A DNA stretch of 64,000 nucleotides. It comes from Lama glama (taxonomy: Eukaryota). The stretch covers positions 25,358,001 through 25,422,000 of the forward strand of contig CM052832.1 in the NCBI GenBank assembly GCA_028534125.1, given 5' to 3'. Below, piece after piece: positions 49,900 to 62,877 of this stretch; positions within the stretch are counted from its first letter, which is position 1; every line of letters starts with the position of its first letter. Made by a program: the position numbers and the translations under genes. Under the pieces are notes generated by a model that made no database searches, was not told where the DNA came from, and worked only from the letters and a program-made list of their open reading frames with translations.

Positions 49900-50260
49900 G
49901 TATATCCCTTAGATAATACAATATGCCATATCTGTATCTATGTCTGGATCACCCCATCCCAATGTTTTTTTTTTTTTTGTAATGTGATGTTGACATTCCT
50001 CCTTTTGAGAAGGTATGTTCCCTACCTTTGAACTCTTTGTAAGAAAATCTTTGTAAGTGCCTCGACAAATAGCATGCAGAGAAAGTGATACAGTTTGACC
50101 TCTAAGGCAATGTCACAAACAGCAGTATGGCTTCTGTCTGGCTCCCTCCCTCTCTCTCAGGATGCTCCCCTTGGGAACCCAGGCACCATGCTGCGAGGAA
50201 GCCCTGGCCACTTGGAGAAGCTGCTTGCAGGTGTTTTAGTCCACAGCCTTAGCTCAGAGG
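49900..50260 (+). mobile_element. MLT1F/G-like LTR fragment
   Basis: gctccccttgggaacccaggcaccatgctgcgaggaagccc. Confidence 0.65.
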
Positions 50261-51049
50261 TGGTCCTAGGTAGGAGGAGGATGGGAGAAAGGAAGAAGGG
50301 GTGGGGGGAAGCAGCAGGCTGGAGGTGATCATACTTCTGCTCAGTAACTGACTTTATGAATATTGAATTTCCGATTTGTGCCAGGCCCCCTTGTAGAAGC
50401 TCGGACATAGCTATAAGCAAAACAGACAAAAATAGCTCCCTTCTCAGCTACTTCTGTAGACTGTATACATTGAACTTACTGAGCCTTCTGCGACCGGAAG
50501 AACCAAGATCAGATTCTATATAATCCTGACCAAGTTTTGTAATTACAGGGAACACATTTCATGGGAATTAATTTGTTCTTTGAAATACAGTTCCCCTTTG
50601 TTACAGATGAAAAACAAAGCCTAGGGAAGTTGACGGTGATTCGCCATCATGTGACTATTGGGGATGACGGCCAAGCGTCTTTGCCCCTTATGTTTCTCTG
50701 TTTCCATAAAATCACCCGGGTCTGCTCCCCGATAGAGAGTCACTTGTGCTTAGTTCCATGGCAGACACACTTGTCCAGAAAGCACTTGGGTGGGAAGTTG
50801 AGAAGATTCCAACCCTTTCCCTACCTTGGCTGGGTGAGGTGCCCCTCCTCCATCCCACAGCACCTCCCTCCTCGGGTCGTGCTTTCTTCTCTCAGAGTAC
50901 TTACTGCAGGGCTGCTCTCTCCGGCTTGAGTGGATGTCTTTCGAGGGTAGGGGGTATGTAAGCCTCCTCTCGGGATCCACAGTACCCAGCAGAGTTCTAG
51001 ACCCAGAATAAGAATGCAGTGAACGTCTGGGGATTGTTGAATGAATCAT

Positions 51050-51533
51050 CTGCCTGGGTGGCACCCTCCCGGACTCCATCCCCCACTAGTATCGCATGCT
51101 ACAGTTCTTGGCCTCGCTGCTCCGGGAAATAGGGGAATGCAGGAGCTAGCTCCACCTCCAAGGGAAAGTTTGCGGCCCAGCTGTAGCGAGTAGAGTCAGA
51201 AGAAAGCCCTTAGCTGTCAGCTCCTCCAGGGTCTGCTTTATCCGCAGAGAGCCACCTGGTCTGAGGTCATGCCGTAGCGGGGTATTCTGAATCCCATGAC
51301 TGAATAAAGGACTTAAAGGTCTGGCTATTTTGGCCCAGTGGGAGCCAACTTAGAGGGGTAATATATTCCTGCCTGGTTAAGTGAAACTTTACTGAGCCCA
51401 CATCACACTTCAACTCCCCTCTCTGCCCGTTCCTTCGTCCCAGCTTCTTTTCACGGGGCTGGTCATTAAGTAAACATTTTTGTCCCCCAAACTCCATCTC
51501 AGCAGCTGCCTCTGGGAAGCCCAACCTGCAATG
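51050..51533 (+). mobile_element. LTR16A-like (ERVL) solo LTR
   Basis: gctgtcagctcctccagggtctgc...aaactccatctcagcagctgcctctgggaagcccaacctgcaa. Confidence 0.8.
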
Positions 51534-51829
51534 ACTTTCTCGTGCCTTTGTAAAGCTCTTTCCCTTTGGTCACCGGACTATTCACCGAGTTAGCGTACAA
51601 GATTTATTTTGTCAAGGCTGTGAGATATTCAATTATGATTGTGGCTCAGGAGACAATCGACAGCTCCAGATGAATGCTGGGCATAACATCAAGGGAGTGC
51701 TCACCTGGAGAGGCTGGTAATGCCTTTCTCGTTGCTGCTGAGTAATACACATTTGGCTGAAGTTAGACATTTTAATGAAATTGCTGCATCAACTGATAAC
51801 ACACAGATTTCGGATTTTCTTTTTAAAAA

Positions 51830-51930
51830 ATTCTTTTTGGCAGGGAGGAGGTAATTAGGTTTATTTATTTACTTTTAGAAGAGGTACCGGGGCTTGAACC
51901 TAGGACTTGAGCTTGAGCTATCCCCTCCCC
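51830..51930 (-). mobile_element. Camelid tRNA-derived SINE with an internal deletion
   Basis: ggaggtaattaggtttatttattt...gaggtaccggggcttgaacctaggac[deletion]ttgagctatcccctcccc. Confidence 0.88.
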
Positions 51931-52824
51931 TCTTTCTTTTCTTTTTTTTCTTGACCCCTATTCTGCTGTTTTGAATCATCAAATGCCCTGAAGAGAAAGC
52001 TGCTTTAGTTGACAAATATCAGGCCCACACCTAGGATTCCCCGCTGTCTGGAACTTTGCCCTCTCTGGTCCGAGGTGCCTCGGTACCTCTCTGATGCCCT
52101 CAGACAGGCTCTTCTTCCCTATCACCACTTTTTCCAATTGTTCCTAGGGGGAGTGTTAGTCTGTTACAGATTAATCTGCCACAGCTGGAGGCAGAATTGT
52201 CCAGGATCACCTTCTTCCAATTCATTAATCTTAACCAACAGAAGTGATTTGAAAAAGTAGATGTTATCTTTCAGTAAAGAAGAGGAACTCAGATCAAAAG
52301 TTGTTGGAGTTAAAAAAAAAAATCGAGCAGTTTCTGGAGAAGCATGTGTTGGTTTTTCAATCAGAATTGTGTTCCTTAGATTCATCCTTGATTAGGAAAG
52401 CATGACTTTAGTTTACCCACAAAGTCAGATTTTAAATCTTCCTGTTACTAGTTTTTATTTCTTTATGTTAGTCTTCTTAATCCCTTTATTTTAATTGTAC
52501 TTAACAGAAAGTTATCATTAGTTAAATTTTTGAGTTAAACTCATTCCTTTATTCTGAAAAAGAAAAAAAAAAACTTTAAATCACCAGTTAACTCTCAATC
52601 ATTTACAGTGAAATGTGGGGGAATTTGTATTCGTAATTCAAATCAATGATTAATTTAAAATTTTTCTTTGGCTTTGAATGTAGGTCCTATTTTGCTTGTT
52701 AAAGATTCATCTTCCTAATTATATTTTACTTAAACAAATATATTGACATTTAAATCTGTCTTTCTAGGCCAAACAACATTTCCTTTTTATCATGTGTGTC
52801 AGAGTTTCCATGTACTTTTAAGGT

Positions 52825-52898
52825 TATATGCATGAAACATTGTGCTGTCCACCAGAAATTGATACAACATTGTAAACTGTATGCTTCAAAAAAAAAAT
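52825..52898 (+). mobile_element. Very short LINE-1 3' terminal fragment
   Basis: cattgtgctgtccaccagaaattgatacaacattgtaaactg plus A-tail. Confidence 0.8.
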
Positions 52899-54929
52899 TT
52901 CCTTAAAAAAACATAGTATACAGCCTTCATCTGTTGTATGGCATTCCATCATCTTCTGTAAGATACTCCACAATCATTAACTATGGTAATTGGAGTCCTT
53001 TGTAAATGTTGATATTTTCAGTTGTGCCTACAGTTAAATTTTCTTTTCCTCCTGTCTATGTTAGACAATAGTAACACATTGAGTCTCCATTGTGTTTGTT
53101 TCATATTCAAGGAATATCAGAGAGTCCACAGTCACAGCGCCAAACCCCTGATGGCTGGCTAGTTGGTGAAGATCTCTGCTGTCTAGGTGGGTACCGGGCA
53201 ATACTCAGAGGGGGTGGAAACCAAACAATGAAAGAGAAAGCCTCTCTGAGCATATTAGGGTAAAATTCAGATCTGTTGACAAATGCTGAAAGAATGACCT
53301 TCCCCCAGGCACCTGCTGGGATTTGAGAAGGAACTGGAACAAAAGCGATGGCTGGGTGTTTCTCTTATCAGAGCGTCTCACTGCTACTGGGACACAGCTT
53401 ACCTGGTCAACCAAGGCAGCCTTGCTCAACTGGATCTGACTCTTGCCAAAACCTTGATTTTCTTTATCTGAAGACACTGACTATGATTTTCTGATTTGTA
53501 CTCAATTTATGTCTAGCTGGTTCGTTCATTCATTCATTCATTCATTCAGGGATTTATTTCAGACCTACTGTGTAGGCATCACCCACCTCCATCATACACA
53601 GCATACAGCAGCTTCCCTTTTAAAACCCACCACTCCCCTGCCTCCCTCCTCTTCGTCCTCCTTACCTTGACCACTTCCGCATTTTTCTCACTGGCATCAC
53701 ATCAGACCCTGAGGGAGAAGACTAAGGATGACTCAAGAAAGGAAAGGGGAACTCCCTCTCGAAGAGCCTTCTAGCTGACTGCTGTGGTTCTCAGCCTCTG
53801 TTCTGATTGGTGTTTTAGTTTACAAGCCATGCTCCCTTACTTTTTCTGTTGAAGGACCATGATATATTATCTAACTTTTCTTTGCAAAGTAGATGAGTTT
53901 CACACTGAGTCTTTAATGTTCACCTTTATTTTCGAAACTGTATTTGACCTGGTCATTCCGTACAGAGACGAAGCGAATAAAGAGAAAGACGTTCGAGGAG
54001 AAAATGTTTCTGTTCTTCATTTCTTACCGCTATACGCAGTGAAGATCCTTAGAAAGCCTTTAAGGTACTCTACACTTCAGAGACGGGAGGCTGGGAGAAG
54101 TTACTGGACCATATCGTATTCTGTAGCAGACCAGGGAGAAGAGAGACTTTGGTCATAAGGAACAGATGGGATGGGATAGGAGGTCTAGGGCTAATCCTGG
54201 GACCATCAGAAGAAAATAAAAGGCTTATGCAGTGCCATCTGTACCAGCTCGCACATGCATGATGTAATTTAGTGTTTCCAAATGTCTTCTTTGGAACACT
54301 AGTCCCAGGAGACGGTCTACAAGAAAAGGGGCCTGGATTTAAATGTGTTTGAGAAAAGCTACATGTCACATTCCTGTCTTGAAGAAGTCCTGCAATAGGA
54401 AATCAATTTAATCTCTCCCCCTCATCTCATTAGCAGGATTGCTGTATCCAAAGGTATGTGCATTTGCAATGTTGGTAGATACTGCAGATTTGCCTGTTTC
54501 TACGTATGTACAAGGATGTATGAGACCCAGCGTCTCTCCATTTTGGTAATACCTATTAATATCCTAGAAAGCTCATGTTACAGAAAACACAGGTTTGGAA
54601 AACTGGTCAATTGTTAATCTTCCAACCTGTGTACAGTGTACATTACTCTCCTTTTTCTACAGATGAAAAATTGAGGCTTAGAAACTTGACCACCACTTAT
54701 GAGGTTGGCTCTCTCTACCCCCAACCTGCTGGATACCCACCCCTCCACCCAGCCTGCAGTGCAGAGTCCAGCAGAGGCTGTACCTGGAGAAGCACTGACT
54801 CCTACCCCTGGGGGCTGAACTCAGGATATTCCCCTCTAGAAGCATTGTGAAGTACAGATTGCAGGTTATTAGCTATGGTGGCTTTCCCTGTGATTCTAAC
54901 TGCCACATATAGCAGAATTTTAATAATAG

Positions 54930-55135
54930 TAGTAGTAATAATAATCATAATTTATTGAGAATCTACTGTATGCCAGGAGCTTAAGACGTATTATTTGGCA
55001 CAAGCCTGCGGTAGAGACACACTTTTAAGAAGGTGTGCTTGTCTTCACCTGAGGCTCTGAGAGGTTGTGACTTGATGAAGGTTCCATTGAACCAGGATTC
55101 ACTCAGTTTGGTCTGACTTCTCTGAATCACACTGC
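54930..55135 (-). mobile_element. MIR SINE
   Basis: tttattgagaatctactgtatgccagg...ctgaggctctgagaggttgtgacttg. Confidence 0.7.
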
Positions 55136-56424
55136 CTTTTTTGAAAACGTGTTTTGAACCCCAACAAATAACCAATGTTTGGAACACACCCATTTGCATA
55201 ATTCGAGACTGCCCTAATCCCAAATCTCATTGACAATGATTGGCAGCTTTTGTCTCCAGATATGACTCTTTTTGATCCCCAAGTCCTGTTTGCCTACCCA
55301 CTGACGAAGGTCAGCTTTGGTTTAAAAAGAGTTAAGCTGGGAGATTACGATGTAGTCTTACCCTCCACTCACTGTCACTCCCTGACAATCCCCCCACCTT
55401 TTTCTTTTTCTTGTATCTCTGTTCTTCTCTTTTTTCATTTTTTATGAGACCAGAGAGGTTTGGTCTTCCCTCAGGATATAACACCTTTGCCTTCTGCCTT
55501 TTGGGCATCAAACAAAAGACCTTGTGAAGTAAATCAAAATGGCAGGAGAAAGTCAGTGATTCTCCGTGTTTTCATCCTGCTACTCTTCTTCCCCCAACTT
55601 TCCCCTCCTTATCCCATAACCCAACTTTTCCCACATCTTCCCTCCCCTTCTTCCCTCCCCTTGTACCCAGGTAGGGAGGTTTTCCTTCGAAGGGGAGGAT
55701 GGTCAACGTGTGGAGCAGACCAGGCGTGGGAGGGGTGTGTCGGTGGGGGGACACTGAGGCCAGGCACGAAGATGCGAGTGAGAGGAAAGGCCTTGATGCT
55801 ACAGAGACGGCTGAGGATGTGCAGCTGAAATCTCCAGAAGTGACAGTGGGGGAGCAGAAGAAAGAGCAACAGAAAGGGAAGGAGACGGAGATCCCACTGC
55901 CGGAGGGGGCTGGCAGGGGAGGAGGACCAAGGAGCAAAAGGGGCCAGGTGGAGGCAGGTGACCACACAGACATTTTGGAGAACAGAAGGGCATTCAGAGA
56001 GGAGAGCCAAGGCCACATAGGGTCGACTTTTTTTTTTTTTTGAGGATTAACGATGAATCACTGTTTTCATAAGCATCAGTGCACACGCCATATGTTAGGT
56101 GTTGCTAGAGTGGAAAACACGTTACACTGGCTTAGAACAGGCCTGACAGCCTCCCACTCTGCCCTGTTGGAGGCCGGGGGAGAGAACCCCGTGGGCTTAG
56201 ATTCCCCCGGAGATGAGGTAATGCTTCTCAGGCGTCTCTTGGTGCGTGACTCTCGCCCCCTCCTTCCTATAAAGTGAAACCCAAACCAATATAAACCCTG
56301 TAAATCCTCCTTGACTGCTCAAAGTTTAGAAGAGAAGTGGAGGCTCGCTGCACCACTAATGACAGATTCCACGGTAAAGGCTCAGTAAACACTTGGTAAT
56401 TAATTACAGAGAGAAGAGGAACAG

Positions 56425-56605
56425 GATACTCATTTAGGTCAGAGACTCCTTTGAAAATCTGATGAAAGCTACAGACCCTCTCCCCAGATAAAAGCACATG
56501 CCTATATGTGCCCGATTTTACTTATAACATCAGGATGTTCACTCAGATCCTGAAGCCGAGGCCAAGGAAGGAGGTCCATGGACCCCTGGATAGGAAGCCC
56601 AGACT
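56425..56605. mobile_element. MER117-like hAT-Charlie element
   Basis: cctttgaaaatctgatgaaagctacagaccctctccccaga...gtccatggacccc. Confidence 0.75.
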
Positions 56606-58774
56606 TTGAGCATGTGAAATACTTTTGCATCCATAACTGAGGCTCTGACCAAAACCCCGGAGGCAGAGTGGGTGCTACAGCATCAGACAGGTGAGGTCCA
56701 GGGGTAGGGGGACTTGCCCCCACATCTGTCATGAGGCAGCCTGGGGCTAAAGCTTGGAGCTCTAACGCCAACCTTGTTCCATTGTCCCCTAACGATTTGG
56801 AACCTGCTGGTTCGAAAGACAGACTTTTAATTTTTAACCTTTTACAAACTTTTTGTTAGTTATCAGGGAATTTAGAAAAGGGAGAAATTAGATGACATTT
56901 CTTCTTTATCCTTTGACTGGGTCAATAGCACCTTGTTCCAGCTCAACTACACACATGTTATAGTTGCTGCTTCTTTCCCTTTGTCAGAAAAAACCTACTT
57001 GTCATGGGGTCCACGTATGCCTGGATGACGACCACTGCAGGTCGCAGTTAACAGAAAGCTCACCGTGCAACCCGGATGTGCTGACGTCTGGTGCAGCCTC
57101 TCACCAGCGCCCGGACCAGGCAACATTCCAGCCACTTGCCAGTCTGAAAAAACTCTTCTCGTCAAGCAGGCCATCCTGCAGGGTTTAACGACAGAACAAC
57201 GTATGCTGGTAACTGGCAGCCCATGGAAAGTGAATATAATACTGCATGGAAGTTTCCTTTCATTACGTGATGAGCTAGTGTGAGTTTATAGTGTGAGTCG
57301 TTTTGTTGGGATTTTAACAATTTTGGGGGGTTTTTCTTTTTGGCTTTGAAATGTCCATATTGTAATATTCTGCAAACTCAAATCTCAAGAATTTATGACT
57401 AGAGTAGTAACTCTTAGTATACACTGTGCATGACATAAACTCAGGGCACTTGTTAAAAGCTCTTCAGCCCCAGCTCTAAGCTACATGCTTGATTCTATGG
57501 GTCGGACATGGAGCTAGGTGTCTGCAGCGTAAGAAGTCCCAGGAGCGGGTTTGTTGCAGAAAGTTTGACATTGGGCTTTGAGAAACTCTGACCTAGAGGA
57601 TTCGGGAGGCACCTAGTCTATTATTCCACTGGCATCCAGATTCTCATACTATAATCCCTGATTATTTTTCTGTCCCCGTTTTTCAAGGATGGTGAGCTCC
57701 TTGTGGGCAGAGACACATCTGATGCTCATCTTGATATTCTTGTGTCCTGACCCAGGTACGGGTTGTTGACTTCATGAGAGGATAGAAAGAGTAGTTAAAA
57801 TGTCAGAGGATGAATAGTAACATGCTGAGATATCTCAACTTAACACTACAATCATGAAAAAGAAATCTTTATTTAACCAGTGGAAATCCCATATGTCATA
57901 AAATCTTATAAGGAACGCGTTTAAGCGCCCAGGGTTATTCGCAACTTCCTACCCTTCACCCTGCTGTCTGGGTATACGTCTCCTTGAAGTAAGACATTTT
58001 CTGCTGTTTTGGAAAACATGATTTGGAAAACAGCAACAGTACGTAAGCGTGTACTTTGTATGTGGTTGTTGTGGCAGATAAAAACCGGAAAGATGTGGTT
58101 CCCCGCCCTCCAAGAGATTACAGTCTGGTAGGGAAAGTGGGATGTACAAGCACATTGGTGTCTATACAACAAGGCAAGATGCAGTGAGTGTGGGAAAGGG
58201 AGCGGAGCCGGAATCCAGGCCACCAGTTAGAATTGTAAGGGGGTTGAGGAGGTTATTCCAGGTTTGAGCAAAAGCAGGAATGTGAGTTTGTAAACATCTG
58301 TCTGGTTTTTGTCAGTCTAGCACTGTTTTTCCTTTTTCTGGTGCCAGGACCTTCTCTGACTTTGAAGGACTCCCCATCTCTGCTGCATGTGGTCTCCATG
58401 GTGGTGGCCTTTCTCTGGACAAGGAGTGGCATCCAGTTAGACTAAGCAGATTCTGTTTCCCTGAAATTTCGAACTTGAACCCAGAGGTTCCAAGATTGGG
58501 AGCCACTGGACCTGACTTCTCCTGATGGTGGGATTCTAAAAATGCTGTTCTTGGGCTCCTCTTTGGGAAAAGATGGAATGTAAAGAAGCGTAGACCAGAC
58601 TTATGGAACCTAAATGTTTGGGGAGGTAAAGATACCTCCCTGTTACTGGAGGTACTCTGGTCTTGGCTGGATGACCACTCGGTAGGGATGTTATCTGGGA
58701 GATTCAAGCATTGGATGACATGATCTTGAGGTTTATCTTCATCCTAAAATTCTAAAACTGTTGTTAGTCATGGA

Positions 58775-59600
58775 CTGTCAGTGACTGAGCCTCGTAATAA
58801 ATGTCCCGGCAGTCCAGGACAATCTTGGCACACAGTGACGAGGAAGGCACAAATACGCATTGTCCCACTTGTCAGTGGCGCCTTTAACAGAACCTCGTCT
58901 GCTACAGGATCTCAATTCTAAACATGTTAACCACCCTATAGGATTTGGGCAAGTGCACATCTACTTGGAGAAAGAGAATTTTGCTTTCCCTACATGAGGC
59001 AATCATTTGTAAGCCATATGTGTTACGACCGGCTTTTAAAGCAGCAGTCGCTGTAATAAAAAAATTCAACTTACGGGAAATTTCAACCATCTCTCTGCTC
59101 AGTTCTTTCATTTCCAGTGGGGTTTGGCTGGGGCCCTGAGAAAGGAGGAAATTTTCGTAGTAGTAGTCATTTCAAACCAAGCTGTTAGAGTATCGTCACG
59201 AATGAGGTTGGAGTAAAAAGCAGGAAATAATGAGACGAATTTATGGTTTATTTCAATGCCGTCCATTTTCAAAGTGTGTTTTGCAAATATTCTTTTCCTG
59301 ATCATCAACTTAACCTACCCACAAAGCTTGTTATTGTGCGCTCCTGGACTGGCAGAGAAAAACATTACAAGAGCCTGTTTTGGGCCATTAAGGCTCCTAC
59401 TGATGGGTTACAAATCAATCTTTACATTTACTCTGCAATATATAATCACCCGCCAAAGATGATCAGGAGTAGACTGCTATTCTGTTTCAGCACATCTGTG
59501 AGGACATACGTGGTATATAATATTATATATAATCTCTTAAGTTTCTGTGTCAAGGTGGGCCACCATTCAGCAAGCAAATGGGCATTTGCAATCTGCTAAG
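58775..59600. promoter_or_regulatory. Candidate enhancer block
   Basis: Repeat-free, with overlapping STAT (TTACGGGAA) / NF-kB-like (GGGAAATTTC) site and HOX/CDX- and MEIS-type motifs. Confidence 0.4.
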
Positions 59601-60049
59601 CATGGCACATGTTGAAATTTGGGGGGATGTCTCCTAAGCCATGTGGCTTCTTCTGGAAACTACTGAACATACGAAAATCACAGAGCATGGGGCTAGAGTC
59701 AATATTGATTCAATGAACACTTATTATGCACATATCATATGATATGTGATAAATAAACATGGTCTTTTCTGTTGACCAACTCACTCCTGCAGGAGAGACC
59801 AACACATACAAACAACTACATACAATTCGGGGCGGGTAGGAACGCAGACGCAGGGTACGATAAGCAAGCTCCTCTCTTTGCTTAGTGCTGAGACGGGTCC
59901 TCTGGGAATTTTTGCCTGGGAACTGAAATTGTGTAGAATTTACAGAGAGAAGATGAGGAAGAGCACTGTAAACAGAAGGAATAATATGAGCAACGGCTTG
60001 GAGCTAGGACCACATGGGACTTCTTTAGAGGATGATGGGTAATCTAGAG

Positions 60050-60220
60050 CCATGCTACTTGAAGTATGTGGAGTTCCCAGACCAATAGCGTTTTCATCAT
60101 CTGGAGATCTTGCTAAAAGGCAGATCCTGATTTAGTACATCTGGGGAGGGCTCAAGATCATGCATTTCTTACAAATTCCTGGATGATGCCGAGGGTTCAC
60201 AAACACACTCTCAGTAGCAA
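60050..60220. mobile_element. MER5A-like hAT-Charlie element
   Basis: ctacttgaagtatg...cagaccaatagc...tgcatttcttacaaattcctggatgatgc. Confidence 0.7.
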
Positions 60221-61119
60221 GGAACTAGGGCATCTGAGCATAAGGTTTGTGACGCGGAGTGACAGGATGCAGGCTGTGAAGGGGGTCCGTGCCGTCCTGA
60301 GGCATGTGCAGCTGATCCTGTAGGCCGTGTCTTTGGGGCAAGGACACCTGGGTTCTGTTTGTACCTTTGCAATTCTCTCCCCTTTCCCAAAGACCTCATT
60401 TCATAGGACTGTTAATTATTGCCCCTTATCTCGCACTACTTTGAATTCCCTGGCTAAGAGGGGTTATTGAATGGCTCTCAGTGTGCTGGTGCTTGGGGGG
60501 TTGGAACGACCTAAGAGAAATGACTCAAACACTGTGTGGTGTTAAGATACAAAGCAGATGGCCTGTGTCCTAGCACACTTGACACAGTGCCCAAACCTGC
60601 CGGAACAGTTGTTCATTTATTCACTCAATCATTCAACCCTGTACCTAGCTCTCTATGCTCAGTCCTGGGGGCCTCGGAGGGGCGTCGGGGCAGGATAGTG
60701 AGCAGGGGAAAAGGGACCATTTTGACCTGGATTTGAACGCAGACATGGAAAGCAATTTTCTTTAGCCAGATAATTCTGAGACAGAAAGAAAGAGCAGGAT
60801 CTGGGTTATATGTAGAATTTGAATAATCGGAGGATAGGAGTTCAATATAGAGGACTGACAGGGTGTCACTGAGGGGTGGATGGATGGCGTACACAGCTGT
60901 GGGCGAACCACAGTCTAAATGTGTACTTTCTGAGCTGTTTTTGCAGCACAAAGAGAGGTCATCTAGATAAGACCTAATGCAGTCAAGACATGGCCCAACA
61001 CATCATCTCAGAAGAATGACAGAATTTTAGCTTGACCCGTACTTCGCCCAATTTACAGTCTTAGAAGAATTAATGATACCTTGATGGAAAAGATTCTTCT
61101 TTATTATTATTTGGCTTTC

Positions 61120-61160
61120 AGCCTGACTAAGATGGAAAGAGCCTGACTAAGATGGAAAAG
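61120..61160 (+). repeat. 20-bp tandem duplication
   Basis: agcctgactaagatggaaag twice (second copy has one extra A). Confidence 0.92.
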
Positions 61161-62169
61161 ACCTCACTGCCAGAAAATAGATTGCTAGCTGATGGGAGGA
61201 GAAATATAAAAGTGACTGGGATTCCCCCTACCCATCACTCAGCTCAGACAAAACAAAACAGAGTGTGGAAGGAACAGGGTCTGAAAACCTCTACCTTGCG
61301 AGAGGCCTCTCATTCATTCTACTGCATAGCGACTTTGAGCCAGGTGCTTTTCGTAGAATATCTCACTTCATCCTGAAACGGCTTTCTGTTCAACTACCAT
61401 GGCTAATCGTTTGCAATTAAGTAAGCTGAGACTCGGAAAAGTAAAGCAGCGCGCCCAGGGTTTCACAGCTTGTTTTAGAGTCAAATTTGAATCCAGGTCT
61501 CCCTGCTACTAGTGCTACCTGCCTTCTGGTATAATGACAACCCGCGCCGTGCACACTTCAGTTTGACTTGAAAGACAGGGGATCCCAAACTAATGATTTC
61601 AGGAGCAATTTACGATCTCTATACTAGTAGACCTAGCGATGTCAGCTGTCTCAGGGATGAGGGAAATTCTCAGTGAATTCCTGGAAAAGTTTCTTAATGA
61701 GAAGGGAGAGTGTTAAATTGAAACCCCATAGAGATTTGTATCCTTTTAGGAATGGGTAAGACCTGGCAGTGTCTACAGTGTCTTAAACTCTAAGAAAGCT
61801 GTATTTAGCCCTCTAGGAATAGAGAATTCTTTGTTAGAGAAGCTTTTCCGAAGGACTGGAAATAGCTTTTGAAACTCTCAGTAGACATCTGGAAAATTAA
61901 GATGAATCAAAGATCAGGCATATTCTTGAGACTTGACACTATGGTGACTGCTTTTCTGGGAAAGCTCCAAATGGATGTTAAGAAAAGAGTGGAGGAGTAA
62001 GCCCCTGGCACAGAGTATTTTTCTATTTTATTTGGAAATGTTATGATGGTCTACAGGGAAGTAGAACCTAACGTTGGTGGATGATCTGAAGGCTATTTGT
62101 GGACCCGGGAGAAGGCTCCGGGATAGTTTGGCCAGATAGAGACAGCAAACAAAAGGAGATCTGGAGTGA

Positions 62170-62360
62170 GTGGACCTGTTTTAAATTTTCAGATCAACCA
62201 CTTAGTACCAAGTGAACCTGACAAGTTATTTAAACTCTCTGAGAATCAATTTCCCCAGCCAAAAAATGAGACTCATAATACCTCTCTCTCAGGGGACGGG
62301 GTGAGGCGATGTGTGTGTTAAGAGCCCAGCGTGATGGCAGATACCTGGTAGAGGCTCAGA
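62170..62360 (+). mobile_element. MIR SINE
   Basis: gtgaacctgacaagttatttaaactctctgagaatcaatttcccc...aaaatgag. Confidence 0.7.
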
Positions 62361-62877
62361 ACCTGGGGCTCCAGTAAAAGAGGATTTAGCTAGGAGTTTC
62401 AACTTTGAAGTAGGGAAACAATGAAATTATGAAATGGTTCTTAAAGCACTTGCAAAAATCATCCACTATAAAAATAAAAGCACTGTAATAACTGAAAAAC
62501 CGTTCGTTATGACCTCTGGGTTGAGATGACAGCAAGTGGTGAGGGACCCTTTGGGTGAAGGGCAGGCAGTGGATGATACAGGGACCCCGTGGGGGCTCTG
62601 TGGGGGCTCACACAGAGTGCCGGTCCTTGCTGACGGCTCAATTTGATGGGTAACAGTTGTTTTAAAGCTTTAAATCACTAGTGGGCAAGCGTGTCTCCCC
62701 AGAAATGAGTCTGAATGTGCTCCACAGCACATGGATGTGGGAAACCTCACTAATTTAATTTTTCTAAGTCAAATTGAATTTGTCTCCTTGGGCGCCACCT
62801 CCCAGGGCTGGTAATTTGGCCATTATGACCCGTCCATGGTGGGCTTCTCCACATCCCTCTCAGTCCGTAACAGGGTA

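Noticed and set aside
55460-56043. Several overlapping 114-148 aa ORFs
   Set aside because: Purine/pyrimidine-biased sequence that looks like decayed antisense L2; stop codons are depleted by composition and there is no protein resemblance.
59514-59529. AT-only palindrome tatataatattatata
   Set aside because: Low-complexity TA sequence.
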